This document shows positions 40,873 through 54,568 of a DNA stretch of 64,000 nucleotides, one piece after another (position 1 is the first letter of the stretch; every line of letters starts with the position of its first letter). The DNA is from Octopus bimaculoides (Eukaryota): positions 24,955,694 through 25,019,693 of the forward strand of contig NC_068986.1 in the NCBI RefSeq assembly GCF_001194135.2, read 5' to 3'. A program made the position numbers and the translations under genes. The notes beneath the pieces are model-generated. The model made no database searches. It saw only the letters and a list, made by a program, of their open reading frames with translations, and was not told where the DNA came from.

Positions 40873-41180
40873 TTCCTTCTTTGCCTCCCTCTATCTATCT
40901 CTGCTTCTTTCTTTCTTTGCCTCTCTCTGTCTCTTTCCGCCTTCCTCTGCTTCTCAGAATTCGCTTCGCTGTGATGTGAGAGCTGGGGGAGGGGCACTAA
41001 TCACGATGTCTNNNNNNNNNNNNNNNNNNNNNNNNNNNNNNNNNNNNNNNNNNNNNNNNNNNNNNNNNNNNNNNAGCTACAACAAAGTAATAACAATGGG
41101 GCTAGAAGAGTACCTAGAAACAAACAAAGGGAAGCTGATTGATGTAATAAGGAAGAAAATCTCATTATATAAAGAACAAT
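40020..41180 (+). mobile_element. Fragmented R4/Dong-like ORF remnants interrupted by SINE and microsatellite
   Basis: ~40068-40185 encodes KCAKATQKRNKLAKNQNVKFDSDTEIRELDKNYQSKHIG*, and 41075-41180 encodes YNKVITMGLEEYLETNKGKLI. Both resemble the late-RT and post-RT regions of R4/Dong proteins, in the expected order and on the same strand. Confidence 0.55.
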
Positions 41181-41199
41181 AAAATAATGATTTCAAATT

Positions 41200-42025
41200 T
41201 TTGTCACAAAGCCAGCAAGTTCGGGGGCGAATAGGTTGATTACATCGACTTCCAATGCCCAACAGGTACTTATTTTATCGACCTCGAAAGGATGAAAGGC
41301 AAAGTCGACCTCAGTAGAATTTGAACGTAATTTGAATTCAGAACGTAAAGATGGGCGAAATGCTTAGCGGCATTTCGCCCGGCGTAATAACGATTCTGCC
41401 AGTTCAACGACTAAGGAAAGGTAAGATATTCTTTTCTACTCTAGGCACAATGCTCGAAATTTTTGGGGAGGGAGGGGGCAGTCGATTAGATCTACCTAAT
41501 TACACAACTGGTACTTAATTTATCGACCCCCTGAAAGGATGAAAGGCAAAGTCGACCTCGGCGGAATTTGAACTCAGAACGTATTTCTTTACTGCCCACA
41601 AGGGGCTACACACAGAGGGCACAAACAAGGACAGACAAAGGGATTAAGTCGATTACATCGACCCAGTGCGTAACTGGTACTTAGTTTATCGACCTCGAAA
41701 GGACGAAAGGCAAAGTCGACCTCGGCGGAATTTGAACTCTGAACGCCAGACGAAATACCGCTAAGTATTTCACCCGGCGTGCTAACGTTTCTTATTTCTT
41801 TATTGCCCACAAGGGGCTAAACATAGAGGGGGACAAACAAGGACAGACAAAGGGATTACGTCGATTACATCGACCCCAGTGCGTAACTGGTACTTAATTT
41901 ATCGACCCCGAAAGGACGAAAGGCAAAGTCGACCTCGGCGGAATTTGAACTCAGAACGTAACGACAGGCGAAATACCGCTAAGCATTTCACCCGGCGTGC
42001 TAACGTTTCTGCTAGCTCGCCACCT
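41200..42025 (-). mobile_element. Tandem cluster of ~4 SINE-A units
   Basis: Repeated GGATGAAAGGCAAAGTCGACCTCGGCGGAATTTGAACTC units. Junctions at ~41790 (AAATAA|GAAACGTTAGC) and ~41582 (AAATA|CGTTCTGAG). Confidence 0.85.
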
Positions 42026-42954
42026 AAGGTACAATAAGATATTAACTGGAAACTAATTACCAGAAAGAAAAATATTTAGGTTAAAAATAAAACACAAGGT
42101 AAGGTTTTTAAAATAAAATCAAATAAAATAAAAAGGAAATTCAAAGGCAGAAAAATTAAACATAAACCCTTTTCGTTGTCTCATTTTAACTGCAGAGGAC
42201 CGACGCTTAGCGAGAAATAATCACAAAAATAAAATATTACTTTCTAATGAAAAGAGACTTTACACAGTTTCAGATTAAGTAACCAGGGAAATTATTTCCG
42301 GTTGTTTAGTCTCCGCTGCCACGTCTGAATACATTCAGGCGTGGGAGAGACTGAACAGCCAGTCGTATCTATGAATACCTTCATGATCGAATATCGGCCG
42401 CAGTGGACAGTACGCAATATCCGATACTTTGACGTGAAACTGGGTGACGAGGTACAACGACCTTGAAATTGAAATAAACAGGATGTGCATATGAAAGTAA
42501 AACCAATACTAACAATCTTCTCTATTATAGACACTTTCAATTCTATAGCACAATTCAAGCTGTACACTTTCTACGCATAACATATACCCAGTAATATAAA
42601 AACTGGCACTCCGCCGATTACGACGACGAGGGTTCCAGTTGATCCGATCAACGGAACAGCCTGCTCGTGAAATTACGTGCAAGTGGCTGAGCTCTCTACA
42701 GACACGCGACACGCGTACCCTTAACGTAGTTCTCGTAGAGATTCAGTGTGACATAGAGTGTGACAATGCTGGTCCCTTTGCAATAAGGTACTACTAATTT
42801 TTGCCAGCTGAGTGAACTGGAGCAACCAGAAATAAAGTGTCTAGCTCAAGGACACAACGTGTTGCTGGGAATTGATCTCACGCCCTTTCGATTGTGAGCC
42901 GAATACCCGAACCACTAAGGCACGCACCTTCACCCTGTAATATATCTACCTACT

Positions 42955-43932
42955 CGGACGGCGAGCTGGCAGAATCGTTATCTCGCCGGGCGAAAAGCTT
43001 AGCAGTATCTCGTCTGCCGTTACGTTCTGAATTCAAATACCACTGAGGTCGACTTTGCTTTTCATCCTTTCGGGGTCGATTAAATAAGTACCAGTTACGC
43101 ACTGAGGCAGATTTAGTCCACTTAATCGCTTTGTCTGTCCTTGTTTGTTCCGTTTATGTTTAGCCCCAATGTGGGCAATAAAGAAATAAATATATCTACC
43201 TAATAAAATAACAGGAATCACACTCCACGTACGCGACAAAATCACCCCAAAGAATACAATTCTTTCTACAATCGGCACAAGGACTGAAATTTTAGGAGAG
43301 CGAGGCTGGTCGAATACATCGACCCTAGTACTCCAATGATACTTTATTTCATTGAAAGGATGATGGTCAAAGTCCGACCACGCAGGAATTTAAACTTAGG
43401 ACATAAACCGGAGGAATTGTCACTAAGCATTTTGTCCGACGTGCGAACAATTCTATCGGTTCGCTGCCTAATCACCAAACAATATAATGGACATAAACGA
43501 GAACGAAATGCCTCTGGGCATTTTGCTTGGTGTGTTAACAATTCTGCCGGCTTGCCGCCTTTAAAAATATAAAGAAGAAGAAGAAGAAGAAGAAGAAGAA
43601 GAAGANNNNNNNNNNTTAAAAATATAAAGAAGAAGAAGAAGAAGAAGAAGAAGAAGAAGAAGAAGAAGAAGAAGAAGAAGAAGAAGAAGAAGAAGAAGAA
43701 GAAGAAGAAGAAGAAGAATCTTTTCTACTATAGGCACAAGGCCTGAAATTTGGAGACGGGGTGGGGCTAGTCGATTACATCAACCTCAGTGTTTCAATGG
43801 TACTTAACCTCGGCGGAATTTGAAATCAGAACGTAGCGACAGCCGAAATTTGGCTGAGCATTTCGCCAGGCGTGCTCGCGATTCTGCCAGCTCGCCGCCT
43901 TAATAATAGTAGTAGTAGTAGTAGTAGTAGTA

Positions 43933-43987
<55 letters not shown>

Positions 43988-44310
43988 GCACATACCCAAG
44001 GCGCACAGAGCTGCGCTCGGTAGTGAAGTGAAAACACGTTATAAAAATAAAACTACTGAACAATAATAATAATAATAATAATAATAACAATAATCCTTTC
44101 TGCTACAGGCACATGGCCTGAAATTTAGGGAGAGGGGACTAGTTGATTACATCGACCCCCAGCATTTGACTGGTATTTATTTCATCAACCTCGAAAGGAT
44201 GAAAGGCAAAGTCGACCTCGGCGAAATTGGAACTCAGAACGTAAAAACAAACGAAATAACTCAACATCTTGTCCAACTTGCTAACGATTCTATCAGCAGG
44301 CCGTCTTACT
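42955..44310. mobile_element. SINE-A cluster (42955-43190 +; 43270-43560, 43715-43900 and 44095-44310 -) with (GAA)n and (AAT)n tracts
   Basis: SINE-A motifs interleaved with microsatellites. Confidence 0.75.
43988..44061 (+). mobile_element. Second, shorter 3'UTR copy of the same R4/Dong-like element in (TAA)n
   Basis: Near-identical to ~6510-6583 (GCACATACCCAAGGCGCACAGAGCTGCGCTCGGTAGTGAAGTGAAA..ATAAAACTACTGAAC) and flanked by (AAT)n on both sides. Confidence 0.75.
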
Positions 44311-44978
44311 GCCATGCAATTTAATACAAAAATAATACTCAACGCGATGAATAGCCAATACAATAATAACACAACATGTATTCTAATATAATCTATACCT
44401 GACATCGTATAACACCAACATCTCACAGCAGCCGCCCATAAATGCTACACAAACCGCACGCCACATCTAAATAATAATCGCTGTCCGACACTGAAACACA
44501 AATACATAACACAAATCATACGTAACATACACACACACACACAATAAACACACTACTCAGCACAATAACATAACAGATATACTTTGCACAATACTTAAGA
44601 TAGCACGACTTCAGCAGCAGCGCAAAGCTAGTGTGGTATATAAGCTGAATTTTATATTTCTGAAAGACAATACTGCAACACACCTCAGGAACACATGGAG
44701 ATGCATCTGCTGTGTGTAGTAGAAACTCGAATTGTTGTAAGCATAAATGGGGATCACAGCGTTGGTAGTTTTTTTCTTTTCTTTTTTTTCCTTTTCCTTT
44801 TTTTTTTTGTTTTGTTTTGTTTTGGTTATTTCTAACCACGCTCTATACAAACACAGGAAATTATTACAACAGAAGTTACAAGACGTGCGAAGACGTGTGT
44901 GTGTGTGTGTATACATTTAGATAGATAGCCAGCCAGCCAACCAACCAGCCAGCCAACCAGCCAGACAGACAGACAGAC

Positions 44979-45040
<62 letters not shown>

Positions 45041-45387
45041 GATCGGGACATGAGCCAAAATCATTATGTATATATGTATATATACACATATACATATGTA
45101 TATTATATATGTGTATGTATATATATATATATAGATAGATAGATATATAGATATATATATATATATGTGTGTGTATGTGTGTATGTATGTATGTTCACAT
45201 ACACACACACACACATATTAGGGACAAGCGTGATTGTGTGGTAAGAAGCTTACTTCCCAACTACATGGTTCCGTGTTCTGCCCCCACTGCATGGCACCTT
45301 GGGCAAGCATATTCTTCTTGGGAAAGCCCCGGAACGACTAAAGCCTTGTTAGTGGATTTGGTAGACAGAAACTGGAAGAAGCCCGTC

Positions 45388-45425
<38 letters not shown>

Positions 45426-45689
45426 NNNNNNNNNNNNNNNNNNNNNNNNNNNNNNNNNNNNNNNNNNNNNNNNNNNNNNNNNNNNNNNNNNNNNNNNNNN
45501 NNNNNNNNNNNNNNNNNNNNNNNNNNNNNNNNNNNNNNNNNNNNNNNNNNNNNNNNNNNNNNNNNNNNNNNNNNNNNNNNNNNNNNNNNNNNNNNNNNNN
45601 NNNNNNNNNNNNNNNNNNNNNNNNNNNNNNNNNNNNNNNNNNNNNNNNNNNNNNNNNNNNNNNNNNNNNNNNNNNNNNNNNNNNNNNNN

Positions 45690-45731
<42 letters not shown>

Positions 45732-46534
45732 AATGCTGAGTGGTCATTCACAGAAGATTATAACCTGATTACTTGTACTATGGCTTTGCAAATTGTTTTA
45801 GGTGCCTATTTAATCACAATCAGGCATAGATACCTACTCAGCATCTCCTCTTGAACCTGTAGAATATCAAAGATATGACAGCTGGAAGAGAAAGAAGGAT
45901 GTATCAAAAGGCTTCTTGTATTCAGTTTCAGCTGAGTACGATAGGAAATCCTATTCCTTGCTCTTGAAGACATATTCTAGAAATGGAAGCCACAAAATTA
46001 TGATCGTGAGCCCAACATCCTATCCACAAACTTACACTGCTGCCTTCCACCTTTGTTCTTTCCTCTATGAATTCCTTGGGCAAAGAGGTACTACTTTTTG
46101 TAATGTGCATCCACCACTCTTTCTCCCAGAAAATGTGACCCATGCCCAATGCTTCTTTCTGTCTCATGTTAAATATTTTTGTCATTAAAGTTATTAGAAC
46201 TTATTTTAGTTTTCATTTTTACTTCTTAAAATATTCGCAACTGTGTCTGTTATTTTTCTTGTTTATTTTCGTTTTTTAACTCGTACTCTAAATTTTCAAT
46301 CTATATTTCGAAATTTTCGAAGCATATCAGTTGCTACGACCTTTAATTTCTAGCATTTCTTACCACTCCTTCAGAGGAAAACAAGGATGAACACTCGGCT
46401 CCTTATTGACAAAATAAACCAAAATATGTTTCTGTGCTTATTAAAGCATGGTTAGAATTCAAACTTTCTCTGGAGCTATCTTACAGATGATTGTCCATCG
46501 CAAACAACAAGACCAAGATCAATAATAATAATAA

Positions 46535-46894
46535 TACTCCTTTCTACTATAGAGGCAAGGCCTGAAATTTTAGGGGAGGGGATGAAAAGCAAAGTCGACC
46601 TCGGTGGAATTTGAACTCAGAATGTTATGACGGGCATTTTGCCCGGCATGCTAGCGATTCTGCCAGCTCGCAGCCTTAACAATAACCCTTTCTACTGCAG
46701 GCACAAGGCCTGAAATTTTGAGGGATGGGGAAAGTCAATCACATCAACCCAACAGACCGGTACTTAATTTATCGATCCCGAAAAGTTGAAGGGCAAAGTC
46801 GGCCTCGGCAGAATTTGCACAACGTAAGGACAGACGAAATGTTACTAAGTGTATCGCCCGGCGTGCTAACGATTCTGTCAGTTCACCGCCTTAG

Positions 46895-46927
<33 letters not shown>

Positions 46928-47230
46928 GTTTCAGATTTTGCTACAAGGGCTTGGTACTTAATTTATCGACCCCGAAAGGAAGAAAGGCAAACTCGACCTC
47001 GGCGGAATTTGAACTCAGAGCGTTTGAACTCAGGCAAAACATTTTATCCGGCGCACTAACGATTCTGCCAACTCGCAGCCTTGGTACAAGACCAGCAGTT
47101 TTTGAGAGGACGGGTTTTATTGATACCATCGATTCCTGTACTTGATTGGTACTTTATTTTTAACGGTCCCGAAAGAATGAAAGGCGAACTTGACCTGAAA
47201 ATCTAAAACAACAACAACAAAAAATACAAC

Positions 47231-47269
<39 letters not shown>

Positions 47270-47425
47270 CCTTTCTACTATAGGTACAAGGCCTGAAATT
47301 TGGGGGAGGTTGACAGTCGATTACATCGATCCCAGTGCGTAACTGGTATCTATTTAATCGGCCCCGAAAGGATGAAAGGCAAAGCATTTCATCCAGCTTG
47401 CTAACGATTCTGCCAGCTCGACGCC

Positions 47426-47430
<5 letters not shown>
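46535..47430 (-). mobile_element. Dense cluster of partial SINE-A copies with (AAT)n spacers
   Basis: At least four GGCAAAGTCGACCTCGG.GGAATTTGAAC segments, several preceded by CCTTTCTACTA.AGGCA.AAGGCCTGAAATTT tails. Confidence 0.8.
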
Positions 47431-47499
<69 letters not shown>

Positions 47500-47997
47500 C
47501 CTTCCGTCTATAAGCAGAAGATCTGAAATTTGAGGCAGGTAGACAGTGTTTGATTAATATTTTGTTTTATCGACCCAGAAAAGTTGAAAAACCAAAAGTG
47601 AGTTTGGTGTAGCACTGCCGCAATCACCGAAGACTTGGTTTTGTGATTCTATCATGATTTATTCCTGGCAACAATGACATGTGTTAGTTCCCTTGCAGTT
47701 AGGAACCTTCTCTACAATATAACTCGATCTGTTAGAAAGAGCAGTCAAAATTTCTTTGAAGCACATTCTTACAGCAAAAAGGAAGGTGCATGAGATAATG
47801 TAGCCATGATTATACTATAGTCTCGGGAGAAAAAAAAATGGATGATCACGAATGGAACGTCTTTGATCATAGATCTGTTCGACCAGGAATGACAAAATAC
47901 TAAACAACAACAATATCTCTCAAAAAATAACAACCAACAGTCTTAGGAAAACACATATTGTATAATATGATCTTAAGTGGATTGTGCTTTGAAAAAT

Positions 47998-48383
47998 TGT
48001 TGTTGGCACTCCGTCGCTTACGACGACAAGGGTTCCAGCTGATCCGATCAACGGAACAGCCTGCTCGTGAAATTAACGTGCAAGTGGCTGAGCACTCCAC
48101 AGACACGTGTACCCTTAACGTAGTTCTCGGGGATATTCAGCGTGACACACAGTGTGACAAAGCTGACCCTTTGAATTACAGGTACAACAGAAACAGGAAG
48201 TAAGAGTGAGAGAAAGCTGTGGTGGAAGAGTACAGCAGGGTTCGCCACCATCCCCTGCCGGAGCCTTGTGGAGCTTTAGGTGTTTTCGCTCAATAAACAC
48301 TCACAACGCCCGGTCTGGGAATCGAAACCACGATCCTATGACCGCGAATCCGCTGCCTAACCACTGGGCCATTGCACCTCCAC
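47998..48383 (-). mobile_element. SINE-B full copy with 12-bp TSD
   Basis: GCTTTGAAAAAT at 47986-47997 and at 48384-48395. Confidence 0.9.
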
Positions 48384-48775
48384 GCTTTGAAAAATAACAC
48401 GTTATATACAATTAAAACACCTTTGATGGTGGATTTGTTTCAAGTCAGGCCGACCAAGGGCTAAACAGTTGCGACTAAGAAGTTAACACAAAATATCCTC
48501 GTAGAATAAATCCTGATAGTGTGTATTTTTCTTCGCATTCTTTTTTGGGTGTGTGTGTCTTTCGCCAATGTATAACGGCGTAAAACGTCACATCAGTGAT
48601 AGACCCCTTATGATATTTGTTCTGTTCTGAGCTGCAAACATTCTCCTTTTTTGCTAACTTTTAACCGTCAGAAAATGCAGTGAACTGTGATGGGCACATA
48701 GGTAGCCTATAACACCAAGGACGCTAATGCTATTGCTCACCAAATGCTTTTATAAAATAACGAAAAATGTGCGTG

Positions 48776-48818
<43 letters not shown>

Positions 48819-49035
48819 GCATATATATGTATGTATGTATATGTAGCAAAATAAAATAAGAGAAGAAATGTGTCAGTCATTGCAAGTAACCAAATAATGA
48901 TTGCTCTAAAGTAACGCTTAGCAAATAAAATGAAAATATTTGTTTGTTAGCTTGAAGATTAGAAAAGAACATTAAAGAGAAAGAAAAGAAAGGAAGGAGG
49001 GAAGGCAGGAAGGAAGGAAGGAAGGAAGGAAGGAA

Positions 49036-49088
<53 letters not shown>

Positions 49089-49741
49089 GAACGAAGGAAG
49101 GAAGGAACGAACGAACGAACGAACGAACGAACGAAGGGCAAGGAGAAAGGAAGGAAGAAATGAATATATTTTTATTGTTCCATTGAAAGCCACCCAATTT
49201 GTGATTCATCTGTATATACAAACGTAAATTTAGAAACAGTGAATAAGTTGAGTAAGCAGACGCAAAGGCTATACGGTTATTATTATTATTATTATATATT
49301 TTTATCGTTTACTTNNNNNNNNNNNNNNNNNNNNNNNNNNNNNNNNNNNNNNNNNNNNNNNNNNNNNNNNNNNNNNNNNNNNNNNNNNNNNNNNNNNNNN
49401 NNNNNNNNNNNNNNNNNNNNNNNNNNNNNNNNNNNNNNNNNNNNNNNNNNNNNNNNNNNNNNNNNNNNNNNNNNNNNNNNNNNNNNNNNNNNNNNNNNNN
49501 NNNNNNNNNNNNNNNNNNNNNNNNNNNNNNNNNNNNNNNNNNNNNNNNNNNNNNNNNNNNNNNNNNNNNNNNNNNNNNNNNNNNNNNNNNNNNNNNNNNN
49601 NNNNNNNNNNNNNNNNNNNNNNNNNNNNNNNNNNNNNNNNNNNNNNNNNNNNNNNNNNNNNNNNNNNNNNNNNNNNNNNNNNNNNNNNNNNNNNNNNNNN
49701 NNNNNNNNNNNNNNNNNNNNNNNNNNNNNNNNNNNNNNNNN

Positions 49742-49775
<34 letters not shown>

Positions 49776-51147
49776 GGGCTTCTTTCAGTTTCCGTCTACC
49801 AAATCCACTCAAGAGGCTTCGGTCGGCCTGAGGCTATAGTAGAAGAGTAGAAGACACTTGCATAAGGTGCCACACAGTGGGATTGAACCCGGAACCATGT
49901 GGTTGGGAAGCAAGCTTCTTACTACACTGCCACGCTGTGTCTGTGCCTATATATACACGACGGATTTCCACACAGTTTCCACCGACCAAATTCACTCACA
50001 AGGCATTGGGTCAGCCTGGATCTTTATAGTAGAAGACACTTGCCGAAGGTCTCGCGCAGTCAAACTGAACTCAAAACCACGAAATTGCAGAGCGAACTAC
50101 TTAACCACACAGTTATGCTTTTTTTTTTTATTTATTTACCCAAATTTTTTGCATTTGTTTGTTTGTTTTTGTTCTGTTTTGNNNNNNNNNNNNNNNNNNN
50201 NNNNNNNNNNNNNNNNNNNNNNNNNNNNNNNNNNNNNNNNNNNNNNNNNNNNNNNNNNNNNNNNNNNNNNNNNNNNNNNNNNNNNNNNNNNNNNNNNNNN
50301 NNNNNNNNNNNNNNNNNNNNNNNNNNNNNNNNNNNNNNNNNNNNNNNNNNNNNNNNNNNNNNNNNNNNNNNNNNNNNNNNNNNNNNNNNNNNNNNNNNNN
50401 NNNNNNNNNNNNNNNNNNNNNNNNNNNNNNNNNNNNNNNNNNNNNNNNNNNNNNNNNNNNNNNNNNNNNNNNNNNNNNNNNNNNNNNNNNNNNNNNNNNN
50501 NNNNNNNNNNNNNNNNNNNNNNNNNNNNNNNNNNNNNNNNNNNNNNNNNNNNNNNNNNNNNNNNNNNNNNNNNNNNNNNNNNNNNNNNNNNNNNNNNNNN
50601 NNNNNNNNNNNNNNNNNNNNNNNNNNNNNNNNNNNNNNNNNNNNNNNNNNNNNNNNNNNNNNNNNNNNNNNNNNNNNNNNNNNNNNNNNNNNNNNNNNNN
50701 NNNNNNNNNNNNNNNNNNNNNNNNNNNNNNNNNNNNNNNNNNNNNNNNNNNNNNNNNNNNNNNNNNNNNNNNNNNNNNNNNNNNNNNNNNNNNNNNNNNN
50801 NNNNNNNNNNNNNNNNNNNNNNNNNNNNNNNNNNNNNNNNNNNNNNNNNNNNNNNNNNNNNNNNNNNNNNNNNNNNNNNNNNNNNNNNNNNNNNNNNNNN
50901 NNNNNNNNNNNNNNNNNNNNNNNNNNNNNNNNNNNNNNNNNNNNNNNNNNNNNNNNNNNNNNNNNNNNNNNNNNNNNNNNNNNNNNNNNNNNNNNNNNNN
51001 NNNNNNNNNNNNNNNNNNNNNNNNNNNNNNNNNNNNNNNNNNNNNNNNNNNNNNNNNNNNNNNNNNNNNNNNNNNNNNNNNNNNNNNNNNNNNNNNNNNN
51101 NNNNNNNNNNNNNNNNNNNNNNNNNNNNGTCGGGCAAGATGCAATAC

Positions 51148-51380
51148 GGAGGCGAGCTGGCAGAAACGTTAGCACGTCGGCGAAATGCTTAGCGGCATTT
51201 CGTCTGCCGTTACGTTCTGAGTTCAAATTCCGCCGAGGTCGACTTTGCCTTTCATCCTTTCGGGGTCGATAAAATAAGTACCAGTTACGCATTGGGGTCG
51301 ATATAATCGACTAAATCAGGTTGTCTGTCCTTGTTTGTCCCCTCTATGTGTAGCCCCTTGTGGGCAGTAAAAGAAATAAG
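51148..51380 (+). mobile_element. SINE-A full copy, tail type 1
   Basis: GGCGAGCTGGCAGAAACGTTAGCACG head; tail GTCCCCTCTATGTGTAGCCCCTTGTGGGCAGTAAAAGAAATAAG. Confidence 0.85.
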
Positions 51381-51399
51381 ATGCAACACGGAGATGACA

Positions 51400-51700
51400 C
51401 TTGTCTAACAAGAGAGAAACAATCTGCCACGAATGTATAGGCTCAGTGGGTCGGAGCTTGACCCGGTTTCCAAAGTGTATAAGCGACCGAGGATATAGTA
51501 CTCACACCTGGATGGGACTCGGAGTCTTCGCCGCGTTAACTCCCAGCTGCTTCTGTTGCTACTGCTATTCATTTTCAGCGAAGCAACGTGAGAAGGAATG
51601 TTCTGCTAAAAAAACACAACGCGATGCCCTGTCCGGGTGTCGAAACCATGAGCGTAAATCTGTGAGTTGAACACCCTAACCACTTGGCCACACGTAATAC
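51400..51700 (-). mobile_element. tRNA-derived SINE, additional family (E); diverged relatives at ~5020-5260 and ~8800-9130
   Basis: Minus-strand head GTGGCCAAGTGGTTAGGGTGTTC..GGTTTCGACACCCGGAC, followed by a non-A/B/C body ending GGAAACCGGGTCAAGCTCCGACCC. Confidence 0.6.
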
Positions 51701-51844
51701 TACATCTTAACATACATACACACATATACATACTGAGAGAGACAGACAGATACATACATACATACATACATACATACATACATACATACATACATACATA
51801 CATACATACTTACATATGAATATATATATATATATATAGTTTTT

Positions 51845-52025
51845 TATTTGTTTCAGTCATTTGATTGTGGCCATGCTGGAGCACCGCCTTTAGTCGAGCA
51901 AATCTACCCCAGTACTAATTCCTTGTAAGCCTTGTTCTTATTCAATCGGTATCTTTTGCCAAACCGCTAGATGACGGGGACGTAAACACACCAGCATCGG
52001 TTGTCAAGCGATGTTGGGAGGACAA

Positions 52026-52111
<86 letters not shown>

Positions 52112-52275
52112 GACGGGCTTCTTTCAGTTTCCGTCAACCAAATCCACTCACAAGGCTTTGGTCGGCCCGAGGCTTATAGTAGAAGACACTTGCCCAAGGT
52201 GCCACGCAGTGGGACTGAACCTGGAACCATGTGGTTCGTAAGCAAGCTACTTACCACACAGCCACTCCTACGCCT
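51845..52275 (-). mobile_element. tRNA/CORE-like SINE family C with internal (TA)n/(TG)n microsatellite, full length
   Basis: Minus strand: GGCTGTGTGGTAAG..GGTTCAGTCCCACTGCGTGGCACCTTGGGCAAGTGTCTTC (tRNA head + CORE-like), then AGAAGCCCGTCG(TA)n(TG)n, then TTTGTC..CAACATCGCTTGACAACCGATGCTGG..GCGGTGCTCCAGCATGGCC..TGACTGAAAC tail. Other full or partial copies: ~590-780, 1385-1815, 4310-4685, 5270-5770, 17497-17780, 22025-22175, 23630-23790, 39770-39990, 45225-45390, 49770-50110, 63880-64000. Confidence 0.85.
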
Positions 52276-52473
52276 ATATGTGTATTCTTCTTATCGACTA
52301 TGCTAGTTTATATATATACATGCATATATGTATGTAATATAGATATAGATATATATATATATGTCTATGTCTGTGTGTATATAGACACATACACACGCAT
52401 ATGCCCATGAGTGCATGTGTTCAAGTGAACATATGTTATTGAAAATAATGTACAGTGTACGTACCTGTATGTG

Positions 52474-52514
<41 letters not shown>

Positions 52515-54014
52515 GTGTGTGCGCGCGTGTGTGTGTGTGTGTTTGTTTGTTTCTATTTACATAGGCATGAATGCATGCATCATCAACAATTTATACCGTA
52601 TTTACAATCAAAAATGTCCTGTTTCCGACCACAGCTGGGGCGACACCGGTTTGTTATATGCAACTTGCACACAAATATTCTTTCTCCGTAACACCGTATA
52701 CACATACACACATACATAATACATACATACATACATACATACGTGCTTACATACATATGTATATATACACACACACACACGTCGCGTTAAATAAACATTT
52801 GCACCAAATCCATTATCCTTTTCTTTCACCTATTATATGCATAGATACACACGTATGTGTATGCATGTATGCATGCTTGTATGCATGTATGCATGCATGT
52901 ATGTATGTATGTATGTATGTACGTATGCTTGTATGCATGTATATTAATAAAGAGTTACAATGAAGATAAGTTTACAGTAAGGTGGTGCTCCAGCATGGCT
53001 GCAGTCAAATGACTGAAACAAGTATAAAAATAAATGAAGAAAAGAAGAAGTGAATAATTACTCAATATTTTTTTATGTATACCACACATTTATTATACTT
53101 TTACAAAAAAGAGTGAAAACTGGGACTTCGAAGTTTCGGCCTGCTAGCCTATTACAGCCGACACAACACACACGCACATCGCTCTCTCTCCCTCTGTCTC
53201 TTTTCTCTCGCTCTTTCTCTCTCCTCCTTTCTTTATATATATATATATACNNNNNNNNNNNNNNNNNNNNNNNNNNNNNNNNNNNNNNNNNNNNNNNNNN
53301 NNNNNNNNNNNNNNNNNNNNNNNNNNNNNNNNNNNNNNNNNNNNNNNNNNNNNNNNNNNNNNNNNNNNNNNNNNNNNNNNNNNNNNNNNNNNNNNNNNNN
53401 NNNNNNNNNNNNNNNNNNNNNNNNNNNNNNNNNNNNNNNNNNNNNNNNNNNNNNNNNNNNNNNNNNNNNNNNNNNNNNNNNNNNNNNNNNNNNNNNNNNN
53501 NNNNNNNNNNNNNNATATATATTATATATATATATATATAGCTATTTAAAAACGAAGCTTTATTAAAAAAGGAAAATGCAAATTGAAAATAGACGTTGTT
53601 CACTTATTTTAAAGGCCAGAGATAACATGCTCACGTAAAGATTAATGTATATGAATGAGAATGGGTAGCTGCCCGCCACATTTCAGTGTAAACAATTCTG
53701 TAATTACTACGATAGTTTGTGGTTTGTCTTTGTGATGTTTATACGTATAACGCAAAATTATACATGCGTGCATTTTATATTTCTACGTGTTTGTGTGAAT
53801 GCATGTGTTTGCGTATATGTATGTATGTATGTATGTATGTATATGACATAAATCAGTTTTTCTAAATTTATATAACTATGTGTCTTTCATCCTTTCGGGG
53901 GGTCGATAAATTAAGTACCATTGAAACATTGGGGTCGATGTAATCAACTATCACCTCCCCCAAAATTTCAAGCTTTGCACCTTTTAGTAGAAAGGATTAT
54001 TATTATTATCATCC

Positions 54015-54077
<63 letters not shown>

Positions 54078-54098
54078 ATTATTAAATTTATCACTTAC

Positions 54099-54515
54099 TT
54101 CCTGCCGTGGTCTTCTGGTATATTCTTCACAGAAGCAGACACAACCACCAGATGAAGTTTTGTATCAGTGGAGTTCTCGCCGCCCGAGCTTACATTAAAC
54201 CATAGCTGACAATGTATATCCGATGAGATCCAGCGGGCTTTCGCACCGATTATTCTAATGAAAGGTCCAGTCAAATTTTCATAGAATGCTGAAAAAACCC
54301 AAGCATCCCTACTTTTTGTCATTAACTGCCATGTTTCGTATTTTCCCTCCGGAATTCCGCGCATATTACCACATTCGCTTTTCGGTAAGTATTTCGCGAG
54401 CGTTCGGCGTTGAACACGAGGTTGTTTTTCGTTCTTGTTATTATTGTCAATCTCTACTTTGTTTGAAGCAGTGTTTTTTAAGTTTGTATTAACATTTTGC
54501 TGAATATTTCTTAAT

Positions 54516-54568
<53 letters not shown>

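Noticed and set aside
42292-42480. GC-balanced unique segment tested as exon 2 of the glycosyltransferase-like gene
   Set aside because: The frames tested after plausible acceptors either hit stops or give no GT92-like sequence.
53125-53160. Second possible hammerhead remnant (minus: CTGTAATAGGCTAGCAGGCCGAAACTT)
   Set aside because: The core is too degenerate (CUGUAAU) and there is no convincing stem I or stem III.
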